From: Carcharhinus longimanus
Lineage: Eukaryota
Length of the DNA stretch: 64,000 nucleotides
NCBI GenBank assembly: GCA_030264375.1
Contig: JASCQW010000190.1
Location: forward strand, 25,568,497-25,632,496
Direction: 5' to 3'
Shown: one piece after another, positions 1 to 13,460 of the stretch
Numbering within the stretch: position 1 is the first letter of the stretch
How the letters are laid out: each line of letters begins with the position of its first letter
The notes under the pieces: generated by a model
What the model saw: only the letters and a program-made list of their open reading frames with translations
Told to the model about the DNA's origin: nothing
Database searches by the model: none
Position numbers and translations under genes: made by a program

Positions 1-437
1 CACTTTCCTCACTCCCCCCCACCACAACCAGTGAATGATCAGGCCCGCCTCTCCACCCCCCTCATTGCTGATCTGAGTCAGAGAGCCGTTGGAAGCTCTG
101 AACCCACTCTTCAGCAGCTGGAGCGCCCGATTCAGAGTTTTATTTAGCAGGTTCATTATGGTGCAGTTCCAGATTGGCAAACGCGATAGTAAAGGGGGAA
201 ATGCTGATAAAGTTGGGTGGGCAGTTCATTAATTCAATTTAAATGGATGCAAATGCATTTAAATCTTCGTTGCGCCTGTTTTGGGTGTAAATTGAATTGC
301 AGCCATTCCCGTGTGTGTTTCAGTAAAGTGGCTATCTGCGCAGGCGCGGGTGCGGACCGCGTTAATGGCCTCACACCCAACTTTACCATGTTTCCGCACC
401 CGAAAACAGGTGTAACACAATGGTAAAATCAGGCCCA
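1..437. mobile_element. End of a non-autonomous DNA transposon
   Basis: CpG-rich segment ending GTAAAATCAGGCCC, which resembles the TIRs of MITEs elsewhere in the window. Confidence 0.45.
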
Positions 438-1067
438 ATGTGACCCATAATATAGGTCCCAGGGACAAATATTGACAAGAACACCGGCAGAATCCCCTTG
501 TCCTGAGAGATCAGATGGGGTCTTAATGGCTTCACCCATTCGATCGAACTCTCTGTTCTGCATTGCACCAATTATCTGTTCAAGTCTCTGAAGTGGGATG
601 CAAACCCAAGTACTTCTGACTCAGGAACAAGAATGTCACCACTGAATCAAGGCTAACACCTGATAATAGTACTTAAACTGACATCCCTCACACAGAGATT
701 GATAGATAAAATTGAATGGCTGGTTAATGCAGTTTCTTTACCAGGGCACAGTGACAGTGCAGCTGTGCTGAAACAGTCAAATTCGTTTCCAGACTCCTGA
801 TGGTGCACGGGACTTCGTCAGAAAATGTTTAATACAACTGAGTAACGATCATTCTGTTTTAGTTTCTAACAAGTGAAGTTTTGTCTAAATGCTTCATTAA
901 TAACATACGAAACAGCCAGCACAATATCTTTATTCAAAAATGTCATTCAATTGCTAGCATGACATGATGATTGGTGCAGACGCATGTCATTCTCAATGCA
1001 ATCATCTACGTTGGAGATAAATCTATATGCAGCCTTTTGAGCTTTAGCAAATTGTAGGTCTCGAGCA

Positions 1068-1382
1068 AGAGTCATAGAGTCATAGAGATTTACAGCATGG
1101 AAACAGACCCTTCTGCCCAGCTTGTCCATGCCACCCCTTTTTTTAAAATCCCTAAGCTAGTCCCAATGCCTGTGTTTGGCCCATATCCCTCTATGCCATC
1201 TTACTTATGTCACTGTCTAAATGATTTTTAAAAGGCAAAACTGTACTTGCCTCTGCTACTACCTCTGGCAGCTTGTTCCAGACACTCATCACTCTCTGTG
1301 TGAAAAAAGTGTTGCTCTGGATCCTTTGTATCTCTCCCCTCTCACCTTAAACCTATGCTCTCTAGTTTTAGACTCCCCTGCC
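1068..1382 (-). mobile_element. CR1-type LINE 3' end
   Basis: (AGAGTCAT)n tail, then AGATTTACAGCATGGAAACAGACCCTT and degenerate ORF2 C-terminal sequence on the minus strand. Confidence 0.75.
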
Positions 1383-1487
1383 TCACACAATGCACTGCAT
1401 GAAATTCTTTCGAAGTACACTTAGTTGATGCAGAAAGGTTTGCCATTTTCATTTGTTACCGAGGTGCCAAGTAGTATTTCCTTTATT

Positions 1488-1817
1488 CATAAAAAAACAG
1501 AAGCCCGCTCCTTTTTCCTTCTTTTGCACTCAGTAATCCTAGCTCACTGTGGACTACACCAAGGCAATGTGTGTCCGAGTATGTTACTGCTTTTATGCTT
1601 TTCCAGCTGTTTTCCAATGTTTGCTAGCCACCGACTTTGGAACTGATGCAGTGGGAAGAAGCTCTTGAGAGTGTGTGCCAGTGACTTGTCTTCTGTTCAG
1701 CAAAAAGGTCAGGAAGGAACTGAAAAATAATCACAGAGAAACAGAATTGATTTCAGAAACAAACACCTTCTTTCAGCTGCGCTCTAACTATATGATGGAC
1801 TTTTGGGATAGGTATGA
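1488..1817 (+). other. Candidate promoter / non-coding first exon of trhr2
   Basis: Non-repeat sequence with CATAAAAAA near 1488 and a good donor AG|GTATGA at 1811/1812. Inference only. Confidence 0.25.
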
Positions 1818-2585
1818 ATAACAATAAATATGGTGCAATAGCAAATAAAGTCCAATTTCAGAATGTCAGCTTTACAGAAAATAGAAGTATATGGGGAATA
1901 GAAAAGTTTAATTTTAAAATGATTCAATATTTCAATCAATGTATGATAATGTTACCTTGCTAAAAGAATAGAATTACTGAAGACAAATCCAGCTTAAATC
2001 CAGCTGATTTATCCCATCACAGTAAATAAAGAAAAAAAATCTGTTTTCAGAATATTAAAACTATTAAATTGCCACCCTGTAAAAAGATTATCTAGTCACC
2101 ACCTTTCATCCATTGTTCTCCTCTCCACTCTCTCTTTTACTCAGTCCTATAAAGGGTTTTGTTTAAACTTCAGTTTCCAATAGATTATGCCTTTGTTAAT
2201 TAAATTGGTTAAAGTGGCACTGTACAAAGACTCCATTCCAAAAGTGCCCTCATTAAGAAGGTACTATTAACAATAACCTAACCCGTGCTGTCTAATTGAA
2301 ATAATAGAGATTTAAACTAAAGCAGAATTACATCTGTCAGTTATTCAATGAACATCCTGCAGTGCCCATTGCCCTCACGGAAGTCTTTGAGCAATCTCAC
2401 AGACACTGCTTGTTCCCTCTTCAGGGTCACTGGGGAGCAGGCTAGGCTGGGGAAGAGAAGCAGACAGACAGCCTGAACAATCTCTATTCTGGTCCGGTGA
2501 ACTGCTGTTTCAGCCTGGCTGGTGAGCGGGTCTCTAAGCTGCATACCCCTTTGGAAACCAGGCCAATCCATACTGGGCAGATATT

Positions 2586-2900
2586 TAGAATCGTAGAATC
2601 TCTACAGTGTGAAGGAGGCCATTCAGCCCATCGAGTCTACGCTGACCACAATCCCACCCAGGCCCTGCCCCCATAACTCCATGCATCTATCCTGCTAATC
2701 CCGCCTGATACTCAGGGGCAATTTAGCATGGCCAATCAAACTAACCTGCACATCTTTGGAGTGTGGGAGGAAATCGGAGCACCCGGAGGAAAACCACACA
2801 GACGCGGGGAGAAGGTGCAAACTTCACTCAAGGCCAGAATTGAAACTGGATCCCAGGCATGTGAGGCAGCAGCGCTAACCACTGTGCCACCATGCCACCC
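2586..2900 (-). mobile_element. HE1-type V-SINE, full length
   Basis: Minus strand reads GGGTGGCATGGTGGCACAGTGGTTAGCGCTGCTGCCTCAC (tRNA-derived head), the V-domain GGTTTCCTCCGGGTGCTCC, and the tail CACTGTAGAGATTCTACGATTCTA. Confidence 0.88.
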
Positions 2901-5091
2901 ATACTTGGTGAGATTTACTTATGTGTACAAACAAAATAACGGTGCAGAAGCACAAATTCCTCATTAGGATACTGCATCAGAGAGTGAGGACATTTTCCAG
3001 GGAGACTTAATTAGTTTTTGACTGATCAGAATTGAATCTTATAATGAATTATTCATATTGACAGCAAACCAATTGTTATGATTAACATTTTTCTCAACAG
3101 CAGCTAAAAGCAAGGAAGATGCAGTTCATGACAATATTATAGAAAGCATGCACGTAGTTTGGAAATAGCACACTGTACCCAAAAGGGTTAAATAACCAAT
3201 GAAGGAATTTAACTATAGCAATTCATGTCACCACAAAGGCCTTTCAAAACTGATCTCTAAAATGACCAGAAAAATATATANNNNNNNNNNNNNNNNNNNN
3301 NNNNNNNNNNNNNNNNNNNNNNNNNNNNNNNNNNNNNNNNNNNNNNNNNNNNNNNNNNNNNNNNNNNNNNNNNNNNNNNNAACAGAAAAATATATATTAA
3401 CTTCTTCACTGGTAAATGTGGGTCTTTAGTATTGCTGTTACTCCATTTAAGGTTATTTTGTAAACTAACTAATGAATCAGATAGTCAGAAAGTTCTGTGA
3501 AATCAAACAGTGGATGATGAATGGTATCAGTCTGTGCACCATGTAATTATCTGCAATGTAATACATGAGAGAAGGCAAAACAGCAGCTTCAATAAGTTCA
3601 ACAGGTTGTCTATTTACTAAAAGCATCTTATATTGTAGAAATATCATCAAAGAATTTACCAAAATAATAATGTAATGCATGTATAATAATTTGCAACTAA
3701 ACAATGTGTTTAGAAACCAGCTTTGGCTCTGCAATAGCAAAGGAAAAGAAAGACTTAATAACCACATTGTGTTAAAGTCAATGTGATTCAAAATTGATGG
3801 GCATTGGATGACTAAATTGTTGAATTACGCGGAAGAATATAAGCAGTGTAACCATGGAAGCATATAAGCTGTGTAACTATGGTTACAAATATAAATTCAG
3901 ATCAAAAGCATGTGACTAGTGGCTGATTGAAGGGACTATATCAACCCACTTCTGAGCTGGTTGCCTACAATATTGTAACAAGTCTTCTACAGGGGGCTCT
4001 GCAGTCTTTCTCCATAAAACCCTGTCTCACCAGGTACAGAAATCAAGGATATACACACAAATCTTTTCAGAAAGCGACTACTCCCAATGCAGTGGATCTT
4101 ATTTTAAGGTATGCTATTACATAGAAAACTATTAATTTGGGGAAAAGTACAAGTTTGAAAGAAGGAAACTGACAAGAACCTTCTATTCCAAATCTTAAAA
4201 ATTAATAATGTTCATGTACAGTAAATTAAAAACTGACTAATGAAGCTTACAAAATACATCAAATCAACATAGCTAATAATTCGAAAATCTAGACTGTTGA
4301 TTGTGCAGATTATATTCCTTAATCGCTTGATTGAAATACTAACTGCATCACTTGTAAAATAAAAAGAAAGGCAGTTGCAAGTAGGGTTATGGATAATTTC
4401 TTTTCAAATGTATTAGCATTATCTCCCAGCATGAAGGGAAGTTGATAATCCGAGATGTTAGCTACCTTCAGCTAATCTGTTTTTAGCTGTTTTTGTTTTA
4501 AATCTAATTAATAGTTAATTATATGTGAGGTGCTTATGTGTGACCAAATGATAAAGTTGCTATTTTGAATCCACAACTCACTATGGATGCTTACATTAAT
4601 AATTTACTAACTAACCATCTATTGTAGGAAACTAAAATCAACAAGTAATATTCAACATTCTGGAATGGAATAAATGTATTAAAAAAATACCAATGGATAT
4701 AAACAGCTGAACGGACGTACGACTTTGTAGATTTCAGGATCATCGTATTATATAGTAAATGAATAAATACATTAATCATACCTTGATGAATGAAGCAATA
4801 ACAGAAGAATGCAACAAGGTTCTGTTTTAAAATAGATTCCAAATGCATTACATTTGAACAAATCTTTGAAAGTTCTCTCTTTTTTAAAATAAAGACAATC
4901 TTTAAGTATCCATGAAGCAATCATTTTTCAAGATGTTTTTAGAAACATCGGCAAATGCTTTTTGAAAGTCTTTCAGTTTTCGAGAGTTAAGTAATCGGTT
5001 TGCGATAGACAAGTGAACAACTTTGATATAGTGTGTATATATTAATAATGTCGTTTTGAAGAAAATATATTGAGTGTAAACAATGGCAACT

Positions 5092-5104
5092 GCCTATTTT
5101 TCAG
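5092..5104 (+). promoter_or_regulatory. Probable 3' splice acceptor upstream of the ATG (5' UTR intron)
   Basis: GCCTATTTTTCAG ends 88 nt before the ATG. TRHR genes commonly have a non-coding first exon. Confidence 0.5.
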
Positions 5105-5192
5105 CACTCAGTGGGGCCACAGAAACATCATCATCCAAGTTAAACCCCTTATCTCCTCTTAACCTTGAGAAAGAAAGACTTCTTTTTCCACT

Positions 5193-5990
5193 ATGAAAAA
5201 CGTGAGTAGATTTCTGACCCCCACTAATATCTCTCTGGCAAATGCAGCTTCCGCAGGGACAGACTTGATTTACAAATCCATAGAGTACAAGGCTGCCTCG
5301 GTGCTGCTGGTGTTGGCCATTTGCGGAACTGGGATCATTGGGAATATTATGGTGGTCCTGGTGGTTCTGACTGCCAGACACATGCGAACCCCAACCAACT
5401 GTTACCTGGTCAGTCTTGCTGTGGCTGACCTGATGGTCCTGGTGGCTGCTGGGTTACCCAATATTTCTGACAGTTTGATTGAGGAATGGATCTATGGGCA
5501 TGCGGGCTGCCTGGGTATTACCTACCTCCAATACTTGGGCATTAATGTGTCATCATGTTCCATCACAGCATTCACAGTGGAAAGATACATCGCTATCTGC
5601 CATCCAATAAAAGCCCAGTTCATGTGCACTGTCTCCAGAGCTAAGAAAATCCTAGCATTTCTCTGGGTAATTACCTCCTTCTACTGCATGCTGTGGTTTT
5701 TCTTGGTGGATATCAACATCAATAGCAGGCAGAATGCCGAGTGCGGCTACAAAGTCTCCAGGAATCTATACTTGCCCATCTACTTCATTGATTTCACCAT
5801 NNNNNNNNNNNNNNNNNNNNNNNNNNNNNNNNNNNNNNNNNNNNNNNNNNNNNNNNNNNNNNNNNNNAGTCCTCTTCCAAACCAAGTTGAGACGGGGACA
5901 GAACGTTGGAAGGAGCGCCCCGGGACAGAGAGTAACAGCTCACAATCTTCCAGCCGGACAAGCAAGGGGGCCATCTCATCCAGGAAACAG
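5193..5990 (+). CDS. trhr2: Thyrotropin-releasing hormone receptor (TRHR2-type), coding exon 1 (N-terminus to ICL3)
   Basis: Class A GPCR motifs [63 protein letters not shown] and [14 protein letters not shown]. It ends SSRKQ at a phase-0 donor CAG|GTAATG (5990/5991). [24 protein letters not shown] and the short ECL2 fit recalled TRHR2 better than TRHR1. The N run 5801-5867 keeps frame and covers TM5. Confidence 0.92.
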
Positions 5991-6339
5991 GTAATGTCAT
6001 CTTCCAGGGAACTCGACAAGCCTCAGCTTTTGGATTTTATTAGTCTGGAAAGCTACATGAAATTCCATGACCTTTGGTGGTGACCATTTTAATGAAGAGG
6101 GAGATTGCTGAAAGTAAATAAATGATACAAGGTCAATAAAAACATTTGAAATTCTGTGGAAAATGAAAAGAAAAATTTGATAAGGATTTTCACCCTTCAA
6201 CAAGTAACGCAGTAAGGAACATTTTCTCTTAATGAAACTTCTCTGCCTGGCTTTATTTTAGACTACATGTCTCACTCAAATTGCCATGGTGATGATGCAG
6301 CCCTTATTTTTAAACCACATCTTGACTTCTGGCAATTTG

Positions 6340-7750
6340 TCCTCCCCTGACCATCTCCGTTTGTTCAATTACTCAAGATTCACCTTTTTTTAACACTCCC
6401 CTAAGTTTCATACAAACTTCCTCACTGAGGTATCTCTCTGCTTTCCTTCTTCACCCTCTGTACTAGGCAGTTTTCCATCTTTGGTGATTTCAATCTCTAT
6501 CTCCACTCTTCTTACTCTCTTGTCTCTGAGCCCCTGCTCTCACTTCCTCCGTTAATCTTTCCTTACATATTCACTATTCCCCCCAACATTCGCAATCTCC
6601 TTAATCTTGCCAACTCATGTGGCCTTGCTATTTCCATTGTAACTATCACTGATAAGGTAACCTTTGATCACTTCCTGATATTACTTTCTACCTATTTTCT
6701 CTTTTCCACTCCCAACCCCACTTCTTTCTGTGTTAACCACTGGAAAGACACTCCTGCAAATCATTTCCCACTGCACTTTCCAATTCTCAACTATCAAGCC
6801 TTTGGCTCACAAGTCATCATGACATTTCTGCAGCAACCGATCTGTTAGATCACCCTCTCTCTGCCACCTTTGAGCCCATTAAAACCAATATAGTTTCTCA
6901 TCCTAGTGATTCCCCCAGTCATTTCTCCTGCTTCCCTACCCAACCCCTTGCCTCAGCTCCCTTAAGTAGAGGGAAACAGGTTTGAATATATTTGTTGGAG
7001 AAACTAGCTTAAGCACCCTTTACCTAATCGGGCTGACCACATCAAAGTATGATTGGATCCTGGTTACCATCACGAAAACTGCTTACTGTTCAAAAATCAC
7101 GCAGGAAAGTAAAGGTGGTTCCTTTCTTTCACCACAAGCTACCTCCCTAAACCACCCTCCCTTTACTTTCACCTCCAACAACAAGTGTGAGGGCCTCATG
7201 GATTTATTGGGTGGGATTTTCTGGCCGCACTCACCATGAAACTGGAAAATCCGATTCAAGGTCAATGGATCTTTCCATGGTCCGTCCCTCATTCGCTCCA
7301 ATTCCCATGGCCGGTGAAATGGAAAAATTTGCCCCAAATTGTCACAAGTATCATGACCTTCCATTCATCTGCTTCTCCTGCTCTATTTCTAATGGTCCCT
7401 CGTCCCTTGGTGACATCACCCAAAAACACAGCATTATTCTCCACATGTACTCTGAAATCACCATCCAGCGCTTCCTCATTATCACCTCTTTCAATCACTC
7501 CATTGTCTCTGCATGCCTGACTTCCAGTAGTTCAATGAACAGAAATTTCCTCCAACTACATATTGAGATACATATTTAGTCCACTTCACTAACTCTGTTC
7601 CCTCGTAACTGACTCCATTCCTTCCCATGGGAATGGACTGAGGCTGAACCAGAATGTTTGCAAACTTAATGTCATATTTGATCTCCAGATGGGCATCTGA
7701 TCATTTATCTTTGACGCCACTAAAACTGCCTGTTTCCTCCTCTGTAACTT
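6340..7750 (+). mobile_element. Decayed L2-type LINE ORF2 fragments
   Basis: Endonuclease remnants IFGDFNL (~6477) and DHFLI (~6666) in C/T-rich sequence. It probably continues at 8570-8770 with an L2-like 3' end. Confidence 0.55.
7209..7336. mobile_element. Palindromic MITE
   Basis: GGGTGGGATTTTCTGGCC ... GGAAAAATTTGCCCC imperfect TIRs, with an inner AATGGA/TCCAT palindrome. Confidence 0.6.
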
Positions 7751-7754
7751 TGCC

Positions 7755-8170
7755 AGGTCCAGAGAAAGTTCACAAGAATGATCCCAGGAATGAAAAGCTT
7801 GACGTCTGAGGAGACTTTGAGGACTTGGTGTCTGTACTCGATGGAGTTTAGAAGGATGAGAGGGGACCTAATTAAAACTTATAGAATACTGAAATAGAGT
7901 GGCCGAGGGGAAGATGTTTTCATTAGCAGGCGAGACTAGGTTCTGAGGGCACAACCTCAGAATAAAGGGGTAACCCTTTAGAACCGAGATGGGGAGGAAT
8001 TTCTATGGAATTTATTGCCACAGAGGTCTATAGAGACCACTTCATTGAGTATATTTAAGACAGAGATAGATAGTTTCTTGAATGATAAGGGAATCAAATG
8101 TTATGGGAAAAACACGGGAGAATGGGGGTTGAGAATCTTATCAGCCATGACTGAATGATGGAGCAGACTT
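7755..8170 (+). mobile_element. CR1 LINE 3' fragment
   Basis: VQRKFTRMIPGMK-like coding remnant, GAGTTTAGAAGGATGAGAGGGGA, and ATCAGCCATGA...GGAGCAGACT 3' UTR. Confidence 0.8.
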
Positions 8171-8256
8171 AGAACATAGAACATAGAACACTACAGCACA
8201 AACAGGCCCTTCAGCCCACTAGTTGCGCCGATCACTTGTATACCTACTAAGCCATA
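8171..8256 (-). mobile_element. CR1 LINE 3' end running into a gap
   Basis: (AGAACAT)n tail and ACAGCACAAACAGGCCCTTCAGCCC. Confidence 0.7.
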
Positions 8257-9179
8257 NNNNNNNNNNNNNNNNNNNNNNNNNNNNNNNNNNNNNNNNNNNN
8301 NNNNNNNNNNNNNNNNNNNNNNNNNNNNNNNNNNNNNNNNNNNNNNNNNNNNNNNNNNNNNNNNNNNNNNNNNNNNNNNNNNNNNNNNNNNNNNNNNNNN
8401 NNNNNNNNNNNNNNNNNNNNNNNNNNNNNNNNNNNNNNNNNNNNNNNNNNNNNNNNNNNNNNNNNNNNNNNNNNNNNNNNNNNNNNNNNNNNNNNNNNNN
8501 NNNNNNNNNNNNNNNNNNNNNNCTTGCCCCACAGTTGGTGGTTGTGTTTTCAACTGTCAAGATAGTAAGCTCCGGAATTCCCGCACTAAGTATCTCAAAC
8601 CCTCTTCCATTCTGTCCTTTCTGATGCACCTTAATAACCCTTTGACCAAGCTTTTGATCATCTGCCCTCTTAATGGAGCTCAGCATTAAACTTTATTTGA
8701 TAATACACCTGTGAAACACCTTGGGATTTTTTTTAAATACATTTTTAATACATATTAGTGCAGGTTTTTGTTTTAAAGTGTCTTTCCCAGATTTGGAATT
8801 TGAGCTTTTTGTTTTAATGAATTTTGTTTTAATGAATTTAATGAATTGTTTTAACGAATTCAGTGATCGATACTGTTCAACTGAACAATGGTTAAAAAAA
8901 TACATTTATCCATATGCCAAGTTCTTATTTTTGCATGAATTTTAGTGCCTATTGAACTATGATTGCTGCTACTGTGACAATGTTTCTTACTGTATATTGA
9001 AGGGCAGCACCTAAGGCTATTAGGACATTTGTGGCAAAGATCAGTTGCAATAAACAGTTTCACCAAATACCTGTGACAGTACAATCAGTGCCTGCTTGCC
9101 TCACATCAGTGGCATGTTTGCCTCTGAATTAGGTCATAGTTCAAGCCGCATTCACAACTTGAACCCTTTGAGCCTTCTT

Positions 9180-10390
9180 CACCACTTAAAAGGATAGATT
9201 CTTATCTTCTATCTCTGTTATATTTCCAAAACTAACCCTACATCCCTTGATTCCCATTGTATCCAAGAAGCTATCAGTCCCTGATTGAATATCCTCAATG
9301 GTGGAGCATCCACTGCTCTCTAGGACAGGAAATTCCAAAGGTTCACAACCCCTTAAGTAAAACAACTCTTTTTGTTTCAATCCTAAATAGCTGACTCTTT
9401 ATCTGGAGATTGTGATCCTCAGTTCTAGATTCCCAAGCCAGGGGAAATATCCTCCCAGCACCTATCCTGTCAAGACACTGAATCTGTTCAATCTCTCCAC
9501 ATAGTCTAGTTGTTTCATCTCAGGAATCAGTCTCGTGAACCTTGACCCTGTGAATATCAACATTTCCCAGTTTCTGTTATTAAATAAATATTCTGCTTTT
9601 CTATCTAATTTCACATTTTTCCACATTATATTTCATCAGCCACATTTTTGCCCTTAACTACCTCTTAACCTGTTTCTTTCCTTCTGCAACCTCTTTGTAG
9701 CCTCCTCACAGCTTCATTCCCCACCAAACTTTGTATAACTGGCAAATCTGAATACATTACACACTCCCATAATAAATGGCTGAAGTCTAAGTAGTCATTC
9801 TTGCAATATCCCACTAATTATAGCCTGCCAACCCATATATAACCTATTTATTCCTATTCCCTGGTTTTTGTTCATTAAGTAATCTATGATCAAAGCTAAT
9901 TTAGTGTTTTTAATCCCATAAACCTTAATTTTGTGTAATAACCTCTTGTGTGGCACATTATTGAATGATTTTTGAAAATTCAAAGAGATTACATCCACTA
10001 GTTCCTCTTGCCTGTATTGCTAATTACCAAAAGTTCCAACAGATTTGCCAACACAATTTTCCTTTCATAAATCCATGTCCACTTTGCCCAATCACATTAT
10101 GATTATCCAAGTAACCTATTACCACATTTCTAGCATTTTCCCTACTGCTGATGTCAGGCTAACTGGCCTCCAGTTTGCTGTTTTACTCTACCTCTTTTCT
10201 TGAGTGCTTTCCCTTCCAAGCCTTGAAGACTTTTCTAGAATCAAAACCAATGCATCCTTCATGTCTACAGCTATCTCTTTTGGAATCCTTGGATGGAGGA
10301 GTGACATCCAGGTGATTTGTTGGGTTTTGGTCCTATTAACGTCTCCAGTGCTGTTTCCTTGACAATACTAATTTCCTTCAGATTCGCATT
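9180..10390 (-). mobile_element. CR1 LINE reverse-transcriptase relic
   Basis: ORF 9795-9998 reads DVISLNFQKSFNNVPHKRLLHKIKVYGI, matching the CR1 RT motif DxIYLDFQKAFDKVPH. Confidence 0.85.
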
Positions 10391-10409
10391 TCACTGTCAG
10401 ACTAGAGGA

Positions 10410-10494
10410 GAAATTATGAAAGCGTATGGTATGTTAGCCTTCGTAGGAAGGGGTATAGAATATAAGAGTAGGAGTCTGATGTTGCAGTTGTATA
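10410..10494 (+). mobile_element. Young CR1 LINE fragment (rest in gap)
   Basis: KAYGMLAFVGRGIEYKSRSLMLQLY. Confidence 0.8.
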
Positions 10495-10874
10495 NNNNNN
10501 NNNNNNNNNNNNNNNNNNNNNNNNNNNNNNNNNNNNNNNNNNNNNNNNNNNNNNNNNNNNNNNNNNNNNNNNNNNNNNNNNNNNNNNNNNNNNNNNNNNN
10601 NNNNNNNNNNNNNNNNNNNNNNNNNNNNNNNNNNNNNNNNNNNNNNNNNNNNNNNNNNNNNNNNNNNNNNNNNNNNNNNNNNNNNNNNNNNNNNNNNNNN
10701 NNNNNNNNNNNNNNNNNNNNNNNNNNNNNNNNNNNNNNNNNNNNNNNNNNNNNNNNNNNNNNNNNNNNNNNNNNNNNNNNNNNNNNNNNNNNNNNNNNNN
10801 NNNNNNNNNNNNNNNNNNNNNNNNNNNNNNNNNNNNNNNNNNNNNNNNNNNNNNNNNNNNNNNNNNNNNNNNNN

Positions 10875-11130
10875 ATTTATTGCCCATCCCTAGTTGCCCT
10901 AGAGAAGCTGATGGTGAGCTGTCTTCCTGATTGCTGCAGTCCATGTACTGTGGGATGACCCACAATGCCGTTAGGCAAGGAATTCCAGGGTGTTGACCCA
11001 GTCACTGCGAAGAAACGGCGACGTATTTCCAAGTCAGTGTGGTGAGTGGCTTGGAGAGGAACTTGCATATGGTGGCGTTCCCATGTATCTGCTGCCCTTC
11101 TCCTTCAAGTTGGAAGTGGTCATGCATTTG
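10875..11130 (-). mobile_element. LINE 3' fragment with a DeuSINE-like tail
   Basis: Minus strand ends GGGCAACTAGGGATGGGCAATAAAT, and the translation includes FAVTGSTPWNSLP. Confidence 0.65.
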
Positions 11131-13216
11131 CAGTGTAAGACCTTGTATGGACTAGGATGTAAGCAGCGGAACTCTGGATGAATTAGAGTTTGCGTAGGTG
11201 GAGCTCAGGAGATTGGCTTAAAGGATATTAGAAGGAATAACCTGATACCCCATTTATGCTTCTTTCTAGATTGAATGGACCTAAAACACAAATCCTTCTA
11301 ATAGGCTAAATTTGATGAATCTGTATAAAATAGTTCAGTCAAAACTGTCCGTTCATCTTCCTTCTTTTGAGTTTGATTTCATGCCTCTGGTTACAGAAAT
11401 GCAAAATATTGCTGGGGTTTAGTTTATTCGTACGAGAATTTTAAGATATTCTCTCCTGAGTCTTTTTCCAGCTTCTTTAGTTTATCATGGTATCTTAGGT
11501 ACGCCATCTCCAGTTTTAGTTTATTGTTTGTCTCTTTCCTCACCAAAATCAGGCTGGGTAAGAAGTTAATTTTTGTATTGTCAATTTATGCATTCACTTA
11601 TGATTCATTTAAAGACCATTAACATTTAAAGAGAAATGCAGAAATCTCATTTTGATCAAAAGAAATTGTGCTACAATAGCTTAAGATTTGCTAGAAACTT
11701 CCTGAAGCAAGATTTCGCTTTAACAAACCACAAACTTAATTTTTTTTAACAAACCACAAACTTAATTGCAAAAAGAACCAAATAAAAAAAGCAATCATGA
11801 TTAAGTTAACACTATAGATTATATCCACATATGCTAAACCCTTAAGTTTCTTCTTACTTCCTCTAAGAATTCTCTTATTTGTTATGATAACTTAAAAGTT
11901 ATTTCTTATTTGGGAACAGCCATAACAATGTGCCAGCTAATTGTAGTAATGTACAATTCTCCAGAGCACCAGCTATTCTCAGAGTTAAAAGCTTCATTTG
12001 CTGTCTCTCAACTGTGGAGGCTTTAGTCTTTTGCTTTGGTTACTTTCTGAATACTTCCAAGTTAACCTGTTTGTTACTTTCTTTTGCCACACGCCTCTAT
12101 GAGGACCATTGTTGATTTTTCCATTACTTTCAAACTAAGCCATTTTCCGTCTTTGTTTCCTCAGAAAATTCAAACAGAGTTCAACTCTTACTCATTGTCT
12201 GTCTATATGGTCAATGATGAAGCCCATTTCTTTTTACTCTGCTGACAGTACAGGTCTATCTAACTGTCATTTACTTTGGTTATCTTCTCTCAGTGACTTC
12301 CAACAGCACAAGGTCTAAACTGCAACAACCTTTACCAGGACAACATTTAAATAAACTGAAATCAGAAAACCTTCCTAGGCTTCACCCTTCTCCATGATGA
12401 CAAAGCCTGTTCTAGGCTGTCCCTAAACTGATCTTTAGATTAATTATTCCTCATTTCCAATGTTTTCTTTGACCTGATGAAGTAAACAGGATTTACATCT
12501 TTTCAGAGTTCACTAAATGCTTTTAAACTAATTCAGTTCTAATTCTCAAAACAAGCAGATCTCTCCGGAATGCTGTTCTTTCAAACATTGCAGATGTCAC
12601 ATCTCTAGTTCTTTAGCTAACTAAGCTCACCTGCTGTTTTATGAATTTCCCTTTTTAGCTATTAATCTCCTAATAATACATAGCCCCAAGTGTTTAAGTG
12701 TAATAGACTCCAAACTTGCTTTAATTGCATTGATCTGATTTTATTACAGTTTTTTTATTCCGAAAACATAAATTTATGTGTTAAAGTGCATACACCATGA
12801 ACCAGCATATTAGCAACAAGATCGACACCAATTTTGAGGGGGGAGACAGTGCTACTTGAACGGAGTTCTCTCCCTTGATGTTCTATTGTAGTACAATGAC
12901 CTGAATTGTAGTTAAACCAATGTTTCAGGCAAACTGGAACTAATGTTGTACCATCTTAACTATATATCAGGAGGATAGAATTTTGGGATCGTGCTGCATT
13001 TCAGCTAGTAGCTTTGTGCAAAGTCCCACAGCTGAAAGTCTGAAAGTAGGCCACTTGCTGCCTCTCTTAGGCTAAGATCACATTTGCCTATGATATGGGA
13101 AAGGGAGCATGGGATGACATCTTGTCAAGCTAATGGATGTCTTGCCTGCTGGCTGGAGGGCCAATAGCAGACTATGTTATCACTTTTGTGGAAGGCTAAC
13201 CAAACAATGAGCCAAT

Positions 13217-13460
13217 CATAAGAACATAAGAACATAAGAAATAGGAGCAGGAGTAGGCCATCTGGCCCCTCGAGCCTGCCCCGCCATTCAANNNNNNNNN
13301 NNNNNNNNNNNNNNNNNNNNNNNNNNNNNNNNNNNNNNNNNNNNNNNNNNNNNNNNNNNNNNNNNNNNNNNNNNNNNNNNNNNNNNNNNNNCCTCATAGC
13401 TCAACCCCCTCAACTCCGGTATCAGCCTAGTAAACCTCCTCTGCACTCCCTCCAAGGCCA
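13217..13460 (-). mobile_element. CR1 LINE 3' end
   Basis: (CATAAGAA)3 followed by ATAGGAGCAGGAGTAGGCCATCTGGCCCCTCGAGCC. Confidence 0.8.

Noticed and set aside
3268-3396. CAGAAAAATATATA on both sides of a 100-N gap
   Set aside because: Likely an assembly overlap artefact.
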